Shown piece after piece: positions 48,601 to 57,258 of a DNA stretch of 64,000 bases. The notes below the pieces were generated by a model. The model made no database searches, was not told the DNA's origin, and saw only the letters and a program-made list of their open reading frames with translations. The position numbers and the translations under genes were made by a program. The DNA is taken from assembly GCA_035627515.1 (NCBI GenBank), contig DASPLQ010000012.1:1344517-1408516 (forward strand). The letters are read 5' to 3'. Position 1 is the stretch's first letter; every line of letters starts with the position of its first letter. Source of the stretch: Vitreimonas sp. (GTDB taxonomy: Bacteria; Patescibacteriota; Microgenomatia; UBA1400; PJMF01).

Positions 48601-48646
48601 GGGTAAGTATTTGCAAGAAGAATTGGCCGTATTTAAACGCTCCTAG
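45623..48646 (+). CDS. uvrA: Excinuclease ABC subunit A
   Basis: Two ABC modules (GLSGSGKSS; GISGSGKST). Zinc fingers (CPNCG; CPTCDG; CEACEGEG). 1007 aa. Confidence 0.9.
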   Translation: MATKKSDNNNQNIQNYITVTGAREHNLKNVTLNIPKNQLVVFTGLSGSGKSSLAFDTLYAEGQRRYVESLSSYARQFLGVMSKPEVDQIDGLSPAISIDQKTTSHNPRSTVGTITEIYDYLRLLFARVGHPHCPNCGREIATQSIDQIVGHIMTQTDQSLDQIVRIMILSPVVRDRKGEFSALFTSLQKQGYSRVRIDGSHYNLADDLTLIKTNRHTIEVVLDRLSISQKQLKDESERKAFRTRISQSIEQALKLSDGFAVASFIHDQSFEFPNDPQDVDDRLFSEKLACSVCGISISELEPRLFSFNSPQGACPTCNGLGSLLKISVDKILAPSLTLSEGAIIPFAKNLSSDTWWSRLVETVVEKAGYDFRRTPFQDFDEETQHTLLNGSPKVYRVSGENRFGRSTAIEEKFEGFIPSLERKYNETESEYIRKDIEQYMQRQVCPTCDGARLKEEALSVTIEGKNISQITSLAINRALEWARTLKNGQILSVKERAIGDSILKEIVARLEFLSSVGLNYLSLHREASTLAGGEAQRIRLASQIGTGLTGVLYILDEPTIGLHQRDNHQLIQTLKNLRDKGNSVVVVEHDRDVMLASDYIFDFGPKAGQGGGQVVAEGEPTAIMKNSASLTGKYLGRKKDVHRDRTQAINGVGSERSVIDPDSEAQAISTAQALRISGATHHNLKGIEVDFPLNTLTCITGISGSGKSTLLHDTLYANLAEKLGKKSEIMPGHVDRISIPDIVRRVTLIDQSPIGKTPRSNPATYTKIFDYIRNLFTNTQEARMRGFNVGRFSFNVKGGRCEACEGEGQIKIEMQFLPDVYVDCDVCLGKRYNEETLQVTYKDKNIADVLKLSVDEAYEFFNTNSTLRQKLKTLQDVGLGYIELGQPAPTLSGGEAQRVKLAKELSGRTSEHVVYLLDEPTTGLHFADVQNLLNVLHQLVGQNNTVIVIEHNLDVIKNADWIIDLGPEGGEQGGEIVAVGPPEVVATTPQSFTGKYLQEELAVFKRS

Positions 48647-48666
48647 CTTAGTTTACAATCAAAGTA

Positions 48667-50520
48667 ATGAAAATTTGGCTGCGGCTATTAGTGGCATTGG
48701 TGGTAGGGTGGGTCGGTCTGTTTTTCCAGCCAGCCTACGTTCTCGCTGATGAAAATTTTTACACCGCTCTGCATACTACCTATGAAGTTAATGCCTCCGG
48801 TCAAACCCAAGTCACGCATCGTTTCCGCATTACTAACAAAACTCCCAGCTTTTTTATCAAACAGTACGCGCTGACCATTGGCTCTAGTAGCCAGGTAGCT
48901 GAAATCATTGCTACCAGCGATGGCAAAAACATTCCCCTCACCATCGAGCGTGATAAAAATAGCACCAGCATCACATTAAACTTTCCGGACCAAGTGGTGG
49001 GGGAGGGCAAGATTCGTGAATTTTTTGTGACGTATGAAAATAATGACGCCAGCTTAGTCAGTGGCAAAGTTTTGGAAGTCCATGTCCCGCAACTTAGTCA
49101 AGAAAAACTCTACGATGAGTATCGAGTGGTGCTCATCACGCCTTTTGCCTTTGGGGAGCCGGTGCGTGTCAACCCAGCTGAGTATGAAATCACCACCCAG
49201 CCTGGGCAGATTGTTACAACTTTTCCTAATCTGACCCACCAAGCCATTTCAGCTTTGTATGGCCAGGAGCAAATTTTTCACGCCACGCTGCGCTACAACT
49301 TAGAAAATACGGGCAGCTTTCCGGGCCTAATGCAAGTAGCCTTACCACCCGACACACCTTTTCAACGGGTGTATTACCGGCATTTAGATCCCTTACCTCA
49401 GAGTTTTGAGCGCGACGTAGATGGAAACTGGATTGCCACCTATCGCTTGCCCCCTAACTCACAAACAACTGTCCATGCCCAGGTGGAAACATTACTAAGC
49501 TTGACGCCTTTTGCTGATGTTCCCGTTACCGCACCCACCGATACATTTATCAAAACTGATGAGTACTGGCCACTCTCCAGCCCCCGTATTACTGATCTTA
49601 GTCAAACGCTGGGAGATGTCTCGTCTATTTATCAATATGTGGTAAAAAATTTAACGTACATAAACTTAGAGCCCGGCCAAGTTCCTGAACGATTAGGCGC
49701 CACTGGGGCCTTAGACAATCCCACCCTCGCCACCTGTCAAGAATTCACTGATTTATTTGTGACACTAGCCCGTGCCAAGAATATTCCTGCGCGGCGATTA
49801 ACAGGCTATGCGTACACTCAAAATAATGAGTTGCGACCGCTGAGTTTAGTCGAAGATATTTTACATGCCTGGCCAGAATACTATGATTACCAGCGCCAAG
49901 CTTGGGTAGCCGTCGATCCTACCTGGGAAAATACTACTGGAGGCATTGATTACTTTAATCAATTTGATTTAAATCACATCGTCTTTGCTATCAATGGCCA
50001 CTCTAGTTCTTTGCCATATCCTGCTGGAGCTTACAAATTTACTGATCAAAATACAAAAGATGTGGAGGTAGCTTTTGGAGAAAGTTTTACCGATGTTCCC
50101 CTGCAATTCACCATTGAGCTCCAACCTCAAACTCTAGCCACTATTCCTGTGCCAGGCAGGTATAATCTAATTGTTCGTAATGACACTGGCCGAGCCTGGT
50201 ATGACCTTAATCTCCATACGCAAGCTGAGTTACAGCCAGTAGAGTTACAACCTAATGGCTTGACTTTACCAGCCGTTTTACCATATGAGCAAAAGGTGAT
50301 ACCCTTACAAGTGTTTAACTTGAGGTGGCGGTCTGAACCCACTATTATCACTAACACCCTAGCGCTCGCCGGCACCTCAGAAAATGTTTTAACGTTTACA
50401 CATCATGTCAACAGTGGCCCCTTCTACTTCCAACTCCCGTATCTCATTGGCTTGGGAGGCAGTGGTATCTTCTTTACCCTCCTCGCCGGGAGTGTATTGG
50501 TTTATCGACGGGCAAGATAA
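48667..50520 (+). CDS. Secreted/membrane-anchored transglutaminase-like protein
   Basis: Signal peptide. Intact Cys-His-Asp core (TCQEFTDLFVTLARAKNIPARRLTGY ... HAWPEYY ... VAVDPTWE). C-terminal TM. Confidence 0.7.
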   Translation: MKIWLRLLVALVVGWVGLFFQPAYVLADENFYTALHTTYEVNASGQTQVTHRFRITNKTPSFFIKQYALTIGSSSQVAEIIATSDGKNIPLTIERDKNSTSITLNFPDQVVGEGKIREFFVTYENNDASLVSGKVLEVHVPQLSQEKLYDEYRVVLITPFAFGEPVRVNPAEYEITTQPGQIVTTFPNLTHQAISALYGQEQIFHATLRYNLENTGSFPGLMQVALPPDTPFQRVYYRHLDPLPQSFERDVDGNWIATYRLPPNSQTTVHAQVETLLSLTPFADVPVTAPTDTFIKTDEYWPLSSPRITDLSQTLGDVSSIYQYVVKNLTYINLEPGQVPERLGATGALDNPTLATCQEFTDLFVTLARAKNIPARRLTGYAYTQNNELRPLSLVEDILHAWPEYYDYQRQAWVAVDPTWENTTGGIDYFNQFDLNHIVFAINGHSSSLPYPAGAYKFTDQNTKDVEVAFGESFTDVPLQFTIELQPQTLATIPVPGRYNLIVRNDTGRAWYDLNLHTQAELQPVELQPNGLTLPAVLPYEQKVIPLQVFNLRWRSEPTIITNTLALAGTSENVLTFTHHVNSGPFYFQLPYLIGLGGSGIFFTLLAGSVLVYRRAR

Positions 50521-51871
50521 TGTCCTCTATGTGGGTAAAGCCAAAAATTTAAAAAATCGGGTCACTTCTTATCGTCGCTTCACTCAACTCACTGATCGAA
50601 TTAAACGGATGGTATTTAGCGCCGTTCAACTTAAGTTTTCGGTACTAGAGAGTGAACTTGAAGCACTGCTGGTCGAAGCAGAGTTGATCCGCACTCACCA
50701 ACCTGAGTTCAATATTTTGCTCAAAGATGACAAAACGCCACTTTATATTGTGATCACTGACGAAATCTATCCCCGAGTCCTGACCGCTCGCAAAAAAGAG
50801 CTTGATAAAAAACTGATTACTGGCACTACTTTAGGACCTTTTCCTAGTGCTTATAAAGTTCGTGAAGTGTTACGGATCGCCCGTAAAATTTTTCCGTGGT
50901 GTAATCAAGCTGGCAACCTTGGTAAACCCAGTTCAGTTAAATCTCATCAACTGGAGAACATCACGCTGCGTAAAATTGAAAATCTGACCAAACCCTGCTT
51001 TTATTATCACCTCAATTTGTGCCCCGGAGCCTGTTTAGAAAAACTCACGCCTGCAGAATATCAAGAAACAATTAATCACTTAATAGAGTTTCTAAAAGGT
51101 AAGAAAAAAGAAGTCCTCAAACTGCTCGAGCGTGAGATGAGCTTTTACGCTGAAAATGAAGAGTATGAAAAAGCCGGAAATACTCGGGATAAAATTCAAT
51201 TAATTAAATCGGTAACACAAAAAACCTACAGCCTCAAACCAGAAACGGTTTTACCTCGCCTTAAAGTTGAGTTAGCTGAGGAATCAGTTATTTATTTACG
51301 ACGACTGTTATTGACGTACTTATCATTACCTAAAAAATATCCTCTGACTCGCATTGAGGGTTATGACGTCAGTAACACCCAGGGCACCAACGCCTCAGTA
51401 GCCATGGTGACGTTTGAAAATGGCCAACCAGCTCGTGATCAATATCGTTTATTCAACATCAAGAGTCTAGATACCCCAAACGATTATGCGATGCATCAAG
51501 AAGCCTTACTACGCCGGCAAAATCATCCCGAGTGGGGAAGGCCTGATTTAATTGTCATTGACGGGGGGAAAGGTCAGCTACGAGCAGCCCTTAAAGTCTG
51601 GCACTGGTCAAATCCAGTTATCAGCATTGCCAAGGACCCAGATCGCATTATTATTCCCTTGATTACACCACCCAAACCTAAAAAAATCACAGCAGAAAGA
51701 AGAGTGGTCAGTGATGATGAAATCCCACAGATAGGGAAGATAGAGTATCAAGTTATTAAACTACCTGAGACTCATCCAGCGTTAAAGTTAATTCAGCAAA
51801 TTCGAGATGAATCACATCGCTTTTCTAAAAAACAACACAGCAAACGCAGACTAAAAGACTTATTTACTTAA
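50405..51871 (+). CDS. uvrC: Excinuclease ABC subunit C (short form lacking the C-terminal HhH region); start uncertain
   Basis: GIY-YIG (GVYWFIDGQDNVLYVGKAKNLKNR). UvrBC-interaction region. IDGGKGQL endonuclease-domain motif. The ATG at 50405 overlaps the upstream gene by ~115 nt; internal GTG/TTG starts are possible. Confidence 0.7.
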   Translation: MSTVAPSTSNSRISLAWEAVVSSLPSSPGVYWFIDGQDNVLYVGKAKNLKNRVTSYRRFTQLTDRIKRMVFSAVQLKFSVLESELEALLVEAELIRTHQPEFNILLKDDKTPLYIVITDEIYPRVLTARKKELDKKLITGTTLGPFPSAYKVREVLRIARKIFPWCNQAGNLGKPSSVKSHQLENITLRKIENLTKPCFYYHLNLCPGACLEKLTPAEYQETINHLIEFLKGKKKEVLKLLEREMSFYAENEEYEKAGNTRDKIQLIKSVTQKTYSLKPETVLPRLKVELAEESVIYLRRLLLTYLSLPKKYPLTRIEGYDVSNTQGTNASVAMVTFENGQPARDQYRLFNIKSLDTPNDYAMHQEALLRRQNHPEWGRPDLIVIDGGKGQLRAALKVWHWSNPVISIAKDPDRIIIPLITPPKPKKITAERRVVSDDEIPQIGKIEYQVIKLPETHPALKLIQQIRDESHRFSKKQHSKRRLKDLFT

Positions 51872-51882
51872 TTACCTAACTC

Positions 51883-52245
51883 ATGAACCTACTCAAACCC
51901 TTTTTAACGATGGCCGTCTCGATCATGATTTTGGCCTGGCTATTACCCACGATTAGTTATTTCGACTGGATTACGCTAATTTTAGCCAGCATTGTTTTGA
52001 CGCTACTCCAAAATGTGGTCAGACCTATATTAAGCTTGCTGTTTTTGCCCATTAATATTGTCACTCTCGGTTTCTTTTCCTTAGTCCTCAATGTAAGCAT
52101 GATTTGGCTGGCTACTTACTTAGTGCCTGGCTTTCGTGTGGAACCAATGATCGTCTTTGGTGTTGAGTTAAATTACTTTTTTTCGTTATTGTTGACTTCG
52201 TTCTTGCTGGGCCTAACTCAATCCTTGGTAGGTTTTATTATCTAA
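51883..52245 (+). CDS. DUF360/YvlD-family small membrane protein (phage-holin-4 superfamily)
   Basis: Four TM helices. NVVRPILSLLFLPINIVTLGFFSLVLN motif. Confidence 0.55.
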   Translation: MNLLKPFLTMAVSIMILAWLLPTISYFDWITLILASIVLTLLQNVVRPILSLLFLPINIVTLGFFSLVLNVSMIWLATYLVPGFRVEPMIVFGVELNYFFSLLLTSFLLGLTQSLVGFII

Positions 52246-52264
52246 AAGGAGTATAATTTCCCCC

Positions 52265-53251
52265 ATGCATAGGCTTACTTATCTTTTTATTCTGTTTGGT
52301 GTGATGATCGGGCTGTGCCTCTTAGTTGGGACACCAGCACAAGCCCAAGTCGGTGAGCGCCAAATTCTCAAAGCTTCACCCTCATCGCAAACTGTCGAAG
52401 TTATCACTTCACCCAGCAGTGAACCTGAGGGAATTGTGCCGATTGCTTCCCAAGAAGCCATGATTGCCACCCCTGCCGCTGAGTTGATTAATCGCCTGCA
52501 AGAAGAGCGTCGCAATCAAGATATTACCGAATCAACTGGTGAGCGTAAAAGTAGCCTCGCTGCCTACTTAGAATCACATCCAATTAGCCCGCTCAGCTGG
52601 CACAATTTTTTGCAACATAGTATCCGTCGCTCTATCAATAACGGTTTGCCAGCCAACGTCTTAGTTTTAATTTTATTGTTTCCGGTCATTACCTCGTTAA
52701 TTGCGGTTTCACGCCACGTGATTGGCCTAAAAGGTTTTGGTATTTACACACCGGCAGTCTTAGCGGTGGCTTTTGTCTCGACGGGAATCTTAACTGGTAT
52801 CGTTCTCTTTGGTGTAATCCTAATAGCAGTGGTCATTTTCCGCCCCTTAGTAAAGCGCCTGGAGCTTCAGTACTTACCGCGGACTGCCTTGTTACTGTGG
52901 GGAGTGTCACTCTTCACCTTACTCTTTTTAGTGGCATCCTCCTTACTGCAAACTCAATTATTTTTAGGCATTAGTATTTTCCCATTGTTGATCATGATGT
53001 TGCTGACCGAAAATTTTATGGAAACGCAGTTGACATCTTCTCAATCTCAAGCTTTCCAGCTGACAGCAGAAACGTTGCTGATTGCCACTATCTGTTCATT
53101 ACTGGTCGGCTCAGAAATGGTCCAGCAATGGGTGATCTTAAATCCCGAAATTACCATCATTGCCGTGGCAGTCTTTAATATTATCGTCGGCCACTATACC
53201 GGCCTGCGTTTAATGGAGTACATCCGGTTTAGACCGTTATTAAATGAGTAA
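52265..53251 (+). CDS. Signal peptide + ~110-aa extracytoplasmic region + ~7 TM helices (7TM module of the RimK-associated system)
   Basis: Hydropathy pattern. Position immediately upstream of the RimK-like ligase. Confidence 0.5.
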   Translation: MHRLTYLFILFGVMIGLCLLVGTPAQAQVGERQILKASPSSQTVEVITSPSSEPEGIVPIASQEAMIATPAAELINRLQEERRNQDITESTGERKSSLAAYLESHPISPLSWHNFLQHSIRRSINNGLPANVLVLILLFPVITSLIAVSRHVIGLKGFGIYTPAVLAVAFVSTGILTGIVLFGVILIAVVIFRPLVKRLELQYLPRTALLLWGVSLFTLLFLVASSLLQTQLFLGISIFPLLIMMLLTENFMETQLTSSQSQAFQLTAETLLIATICSLLVGSEMVQQWVILNPEITIIAVAVFNIIVGHYTGLRLMEYIRFRPLLNE

Positions 53252-53256
53252 CGCCT

Positions 53257-54540
53257 ATGGTGAAACCACGCGACATCCTCGGCATGAACGCGCGCGAGCG
53301 CATTTACGGGAAACTTAACCCCGCCAGTTCGCGAGCCTTTTGTAGTTCTAAGTACGCCACCAAGGTTCTGCTCGAAAACAAGGGCATTCCCACCGCTACT
53401 ATTTATGGTGTCTTAACCAACAGTGAAGACGTCAATGAGTTTGATTGGGTATCGTTAGAAAAAAACTTTGTTATCAAACCCACCAATGGCAATGCTGGCA
53501 AAGGGGTGGCCATTTTTCGCAAGCAACACGTCGATAAATATCACTGGACTGATGCGATTGGTAAGACCTGGGATCTAGATGACATTAAACTCCATTGTTT
53601 TGATATTTTGGATGGCTTGTATAGTACGTATGGCGCTCAACATCACATCATCGTGGAAGAGCGCGTGCCGATTCATCCTACGTTACTGAAATACGTCTAT
53701 AAAGGTACCCCAGACATCCGCGTAATTGTTTTTAATCACGTCCCGGTAATGTGTATGTTACGGTTACCGACTGTGGAATCAGAGGGCCGGGCTAACTTGC
53801 ATCAAGGTGCCATCGCAGCTGGCATTGACATTGCCACAGGCGTCACCACCTACGCGATTACGGGCAGCGGCCAATCTATTTCGATCTTGCCCGATACCAA
53901 ACGCAAATTAAATGGCATTAAAATTCCCAACTGGAAGAAATTACTAGAAGTGGCGGTCCAAGCCTCAGATGCCGCTGGTTTAGTGTATGGTGGAGTGGAC
54001 TTGTTTGTTCATGAAGAGAAGGGCCCCTTAGTAGTTGAACTAAATGCCAACCCAGGTCTCTCCATTCAAAATGCCAATAAAGCTGGTTTGCGCCGTCGCC
54101 TCGAGCGAGTTCAGGATATTGAAGTGCTCAATCCTGAACATGGCGTGCGTATCGCTCAAGCACTATTTGCCAGCGTCCTAGCAGACAAAATTAAAGCCGA
54201 AGATGGCCTGATTATCGTGCCTTACCGCGATAACGTCACGGTTTATGGTGATAATAAACAAAAAATTGAAGTCGAAGCCTTGATGAATACTGGCCGTTTC
54301 CGCAGTGCTATTGCTAGTAACCTCGCCAGTCAGTTAGGCCTCATTGATTTAGAAGATTTATTATGGTTCCAGCAAGAAACAGATGAAGGCAGAGCCCCTG
54401 TGGTGGAGGTAAACTTAAAAATTAAGAATCGCAAACTTAAAACCGCGATGGTGGTCAGCAAACGTTTAAATAAATCAGCCCATAAACTTGAAATTGGTCG
54501 TCATGACTTGGATGGCTTCTTAGTTGGTGAAAACGAATGA
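53257..54540 (+). CDS. Alpha-L-glutamate-ligase-like (RimK-related) ATP-grasp enzyme fused to a C-terminal retropepsin-like (RimB/PF05618-type) peptidase domain
   Basis: N-terminal ILGMNARERIY...KYATKVLLENKGIPT signature of RimK-related ligases. ATP-grasp core. C-terminal ~130 aa (DGLIIVPY...ALMNTGRFRSAIASNLASQLGL...) resembles the putative ATP-dependent zinc protease / retropepsin fold associated with RimK. Confidence 0.65.
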   Translation: MVKPRDILGMNARERIYGKLNPASSRAFCSSKYATKVLLENKGIPTATIYGVLTNSEDVNEFDWVSLEKNFVIKPTNGNAGKGVAIFRKQHVDKYHWTDAIGKTWDLDDIKLHCFDILDGLYSTYGAQHHIIVEERVPIHPTLLKYVYKGTPDIRVIVFNHVPVMCMLRLPTVESEGRANLHQGAIAAGIDIATGVTTYAITGSGQSISILPDTKRKLNGIKIPNWKKLLEVAVQASDAAGLVYGGVDLFVHEEKGPLVVELNANPGLSIQNANKAGLRRRLERVQDIEVLNPEHGVRIAQALFASVLADKIKAEDGLIIVPYRDNVTVYGDNKQKIEVEALMNTGRFRSAIASNLASQLGLIDLEDLLWFQQETDEGRAPVVEVNLKIKNRKLKTAMVVSKRLNKSAHKLEIGRHDLDGFLVGENE

Positions 54541-55484
54541 GCAATATTATTAGCGACGTCAATCCAGTTAACTTACTGAGCGAAAAACAAAAGTTTTTTG
54601 CTGATACTAGTTATAACCCTCAGTTTGAGTATAAACGAGCCATCAATCCTGATCAGCTCATCCAATGGGGCTTACCTCTGCCCGCGTACGTGAAGCACGC
54701 CCAGCAGATGCTGTTAAAACATCCCAATAAAATTCCTGCTCACAGTGATACTGTCACCGAAGCCGAAATTCTCACCGCCGTGAGTGACTTTAATGCTGCC
54801 CATCGCCTGGAACATCCCTTAGAAGTAGTCTTCTCGGCTAGCTCAGCGTCGCGCTGCCAAGTCACTACCAAAAAAATTACTTTTCAGTTACCTATTACGT
54901 ATAGCCGAACCCATTTTAAAGATCTTTGCCGACATGAACTAGAAACACATATCTTACGCCGCCTTAATCATGCTCAACAGCCGTGGGGGCCACAAGATTT
55001 TCCCGATCCTGAATTTCGGAAAACTGAAGAAGGTTTAGCAGGTCTGCATACCTTTTTGTTTCGCACCGATAAAATTATTACCCGCAGTTACCTGACTTAC
55101 ACTGCCGTCGCACTAGCCCAGAAACTTTCCTTTAGTGAAGTGTTTCATCAGTTATTACCGTACGGCATTTCACGGCAGCAGGCTTGGCGGCTAGCGGTCA
55201 GAACCAAGCGGGGATTGAGTGATACAGCCCAGGCCGGTGGCCTCAGCAAAGATATTTGTTATTTCGAAGGTATGGTAGAGGTGTGGCAGTGGTTGAAAAA
55301 CCAGGAACATGATCCTAAGGATTTGTATTTGGGTCGCCTAGGCCTTGATCAGATTGAGGCCATGAAACCCCAAGCAGTTACTACCGGTTTACGCTATCCA
55401 TCCTTCTTCGCCGATTTAGAGCAGTACCGGCACTTGATTAATGAAATTGGGGCTGTTAATAACTTTGAAAATCTTATTCAATAA
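54537..55484 (+). CDS. DUF1704 / QEGLA-motif protein (MATCAP-like putative metallocarboxypeptidase)
   Basis: TEEGLAGLHTF (QEGLA-like motif). HELETH His/Glu cluster. Confidence 0.55.
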   Translation: MSNIISDVNPVNLLSEKQKFFADTSYNPQFEYKRAINPDQLIQWGLPLPAYVKHAQQMLLKHPNKIPAHSDTVTEAEILTAVSDFNAAHRLEHPLEVVFSASSASRCQVTTKKITFQLPITYSRTHFKDLCRHELETHILRRLNHAQQPWGPQDFPDPEFRKTEEGLAGLHTFLFRTDKIITRSYLTYTAVALAQKLSFSEVFHQLLPYGISRQQAWRLAVRTKRGLSDTAQAGGLSKDICYFEGMVEVWQWLKNQEHDPKDLYLGRLGLDQIEAMKPQAVTTGLRYPSFFADLEQYRHLINEIGAVNNFENLIQ

Positions 55485-55489
55485 GCATT

Positions 55490-56455
55490 ATGCCACGCCT
55501 CAACGCCAGCTCCCGCATCATGTATGAAACTGCTCAAGAATTAGGAATTGAGTGTGTAGTATTTGATGACAAAGAAACCATTCTGATGAGTAAAGGTTCC
55601 GCTCAATGGTATACCCGCGGTTCGCGAACTTCCTTACAATCATCAGTGGGTAAGAGTATCGCCGATAATAAATCACTGACTAAAAAAGTGTTAGCTCATT
55701 TTCAAATTCCCACTGCCCGGTTCTGCGTACTTAAAACAACCACTGATTTAGACCAGCTCGACAGTTTGCAGTTTCCTATCGTGATGAAACCCACCAATGA
55801 ACGCCACGGCAAAGGGGTACTAGTGGGTATTCAAAGTAAAGCCCAGGCAGCCGAAATTTGGGCTAATCAAACCTACGATGCTATTCTTTGTGAAGAAATG
55901 TTAAAAGGCACTGAGTATCGAATTGTGTGTGTGGATTATAAATTTGTAGCGGCAGCGTTTCGTAAACCTGCCCATGTTACTGGTGATGGGGTACACACAG
56001 TTACTGACCTAATTGCCGAAAAGAATCGGCATCCTTGGCGAGGTGATGGTCATGAAAATAACTTAAGCTTAATTAAGGTTGATGACGCCGTAGAAAAATA
56101 CCTGTCAGAACAGGGCTTTAATCTCGAAAGTATTCCGGCTCCGGAGCAAGTAGTGAATCTGCGCAAAACAGCTAATTTATCAACTGGGGGAGAAGCCTGG
56201 GATGTCACTGATACCGTTTCTGTAGAGAACCAGCAACTATTTGAAAAAATCGCCCGGGCTTGTGATTTAAATACCGTGGGCATTGATATTATGTGTGATT
56301 CATTGACGACTCCAATTATTACTCAGGACCATGCGGGCGTAATCGAAGTCAATGCTTCACCCGGGTTGCGAATGCATCATTATCCTATTCAAGGCGAACC
56401 TCGGTTAGTGGCTCATAAGATACTGACCATGGTTATGGATCACTTTTTAACCTAA
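55490..56455 (+). CDS. Second ATP-grasp ligase (cyanophycin-synthetase N-domain / RimK-GshB-like)
   Basis: ATP-grasp blocks. VIEVNASPGLRMHHYP resembles the CphA N-terminal ligase domain. Confidence 0.55.
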   Translation: MPRLNASSRIMYETAQELGIECVVFDDKETILMSKGSAQWYTRGSRTSLQSSVGKSIADNKSLTKKVLAHFQIPTARFCVLKTTTDLDQLDSLQFPIVMKPTNERHGKGVLVGIQSKAQAAEIWANQTYDAILCEEMLKGTEYRIVCVDYKFVAAAFRKPAHVTGDGVHTVTDLIAEKNRHPWRGDGHENNLSLIKVDDAVEKYLSEQGFNLESIPAPEQVVNLRKTANLSTGGEAWDVTDTVSVENQQLFEKIARACDLNTVGIDIMCDSLTTPIITQDHAGVIEVNASPGLRMHHYPIQGEPRLVAHKILTMVMDHFLT

Positions 56456-56460
56456 ATACT

Positions 56461-57219
56461 ATGACTTTTGATCTAAAACCTCACCACATCCAACGCCCTG
56501 AAAAAATAACTTGGCGTTTTCCGTATAAAGGTGGGGACATCTTAAGTTATTTAAAAAGTAAAACTTCACGGTCTTTCTTAAGAAATGCTGATCAAGATTT
56601 GCTTGAGTTTGGAATTACTTACCAGGTTAAAGAAGTCGATGAAAATTTATTTAGCCAATGGTTAGAGTATTACTCATCCAAAATGAGTGAACAGGGTTAT
56701 GAGGTAATTGCTAATTGGGAGTGGTATCACAAGCGAAAAGACGAAGGATATACTATTTATCTTGGCCTTTTTACTCAAGGTGAGACTTGGGTGGGCAGCG
56801 AAATTTTTTCGCAAAAAGATCAACGGTTTATTGCTGCCTTCAAAGCTAGTGAACGTTTAGAAAAATTTTCCAAAAAACGCAACTCAATTGGCGCAGTGAT
56901 TGATTATTTCTTCATTAAATATGCCGTTGAGCACCAAGCGGAACTTATTTCTTTTGGACAATCACGCAATGCTTTTGGTGTTATTAACACTTCAGGAAAT
57001 TTAGATTACAAATTGCGTTTTGGCTTTCAACCCCAACCTTCGAAAGACACAGTTTTATTAACTGAAGTGCCAATTGGAGAGGATGGAACGGTAATGTTTT
57101 TCGGCCTCCAAGATGGATGCCTAAAATTATTTGGTGTTAAACCTATCGGCTCAGAGCATCTTTTTGAACAGGCCCGCTTTGCAAGTGATGAGCTCCCTTT
57201 TGTCGAATTGACATACTAA
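56461..57219 (+). CDS. GNAT-fold (FemAB/Acetyltransf_6-like) protein, putative acyl/aminoacyl transferase
   Basis: 252 aa. NSIGAVIDYFFIKYAVEHQAELISFG resembles the GNAT motif-A region. Weak. Confidence 0.4.
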   Translation: MTFDLKPHHIQRPEKITWRFPYKGGDILSYLKSKTSRSFLRNADQDLLEFGITYQVKEVDENLFSQWLEYYSSKMSEQGYEVIANWEWYHKRKDEGYTIYLGLFTQGETWVGSEIFSQKDQRFIAAFKASERLEKFSKKRNSIGAVIDYFFIKYAVEHQAELISFGQSRNAFGVINTSGNLDYKLRFGFQPQPSKDTVLLTEVPIGEDGTVMFFGLQDGCLKLFGVKPIGSEHLFEQARFASDELPFVELTY

Positions 57220-57258
57220 CTTTTTCTCTTAACTTCCCAGACAAGTTATAATATCACC

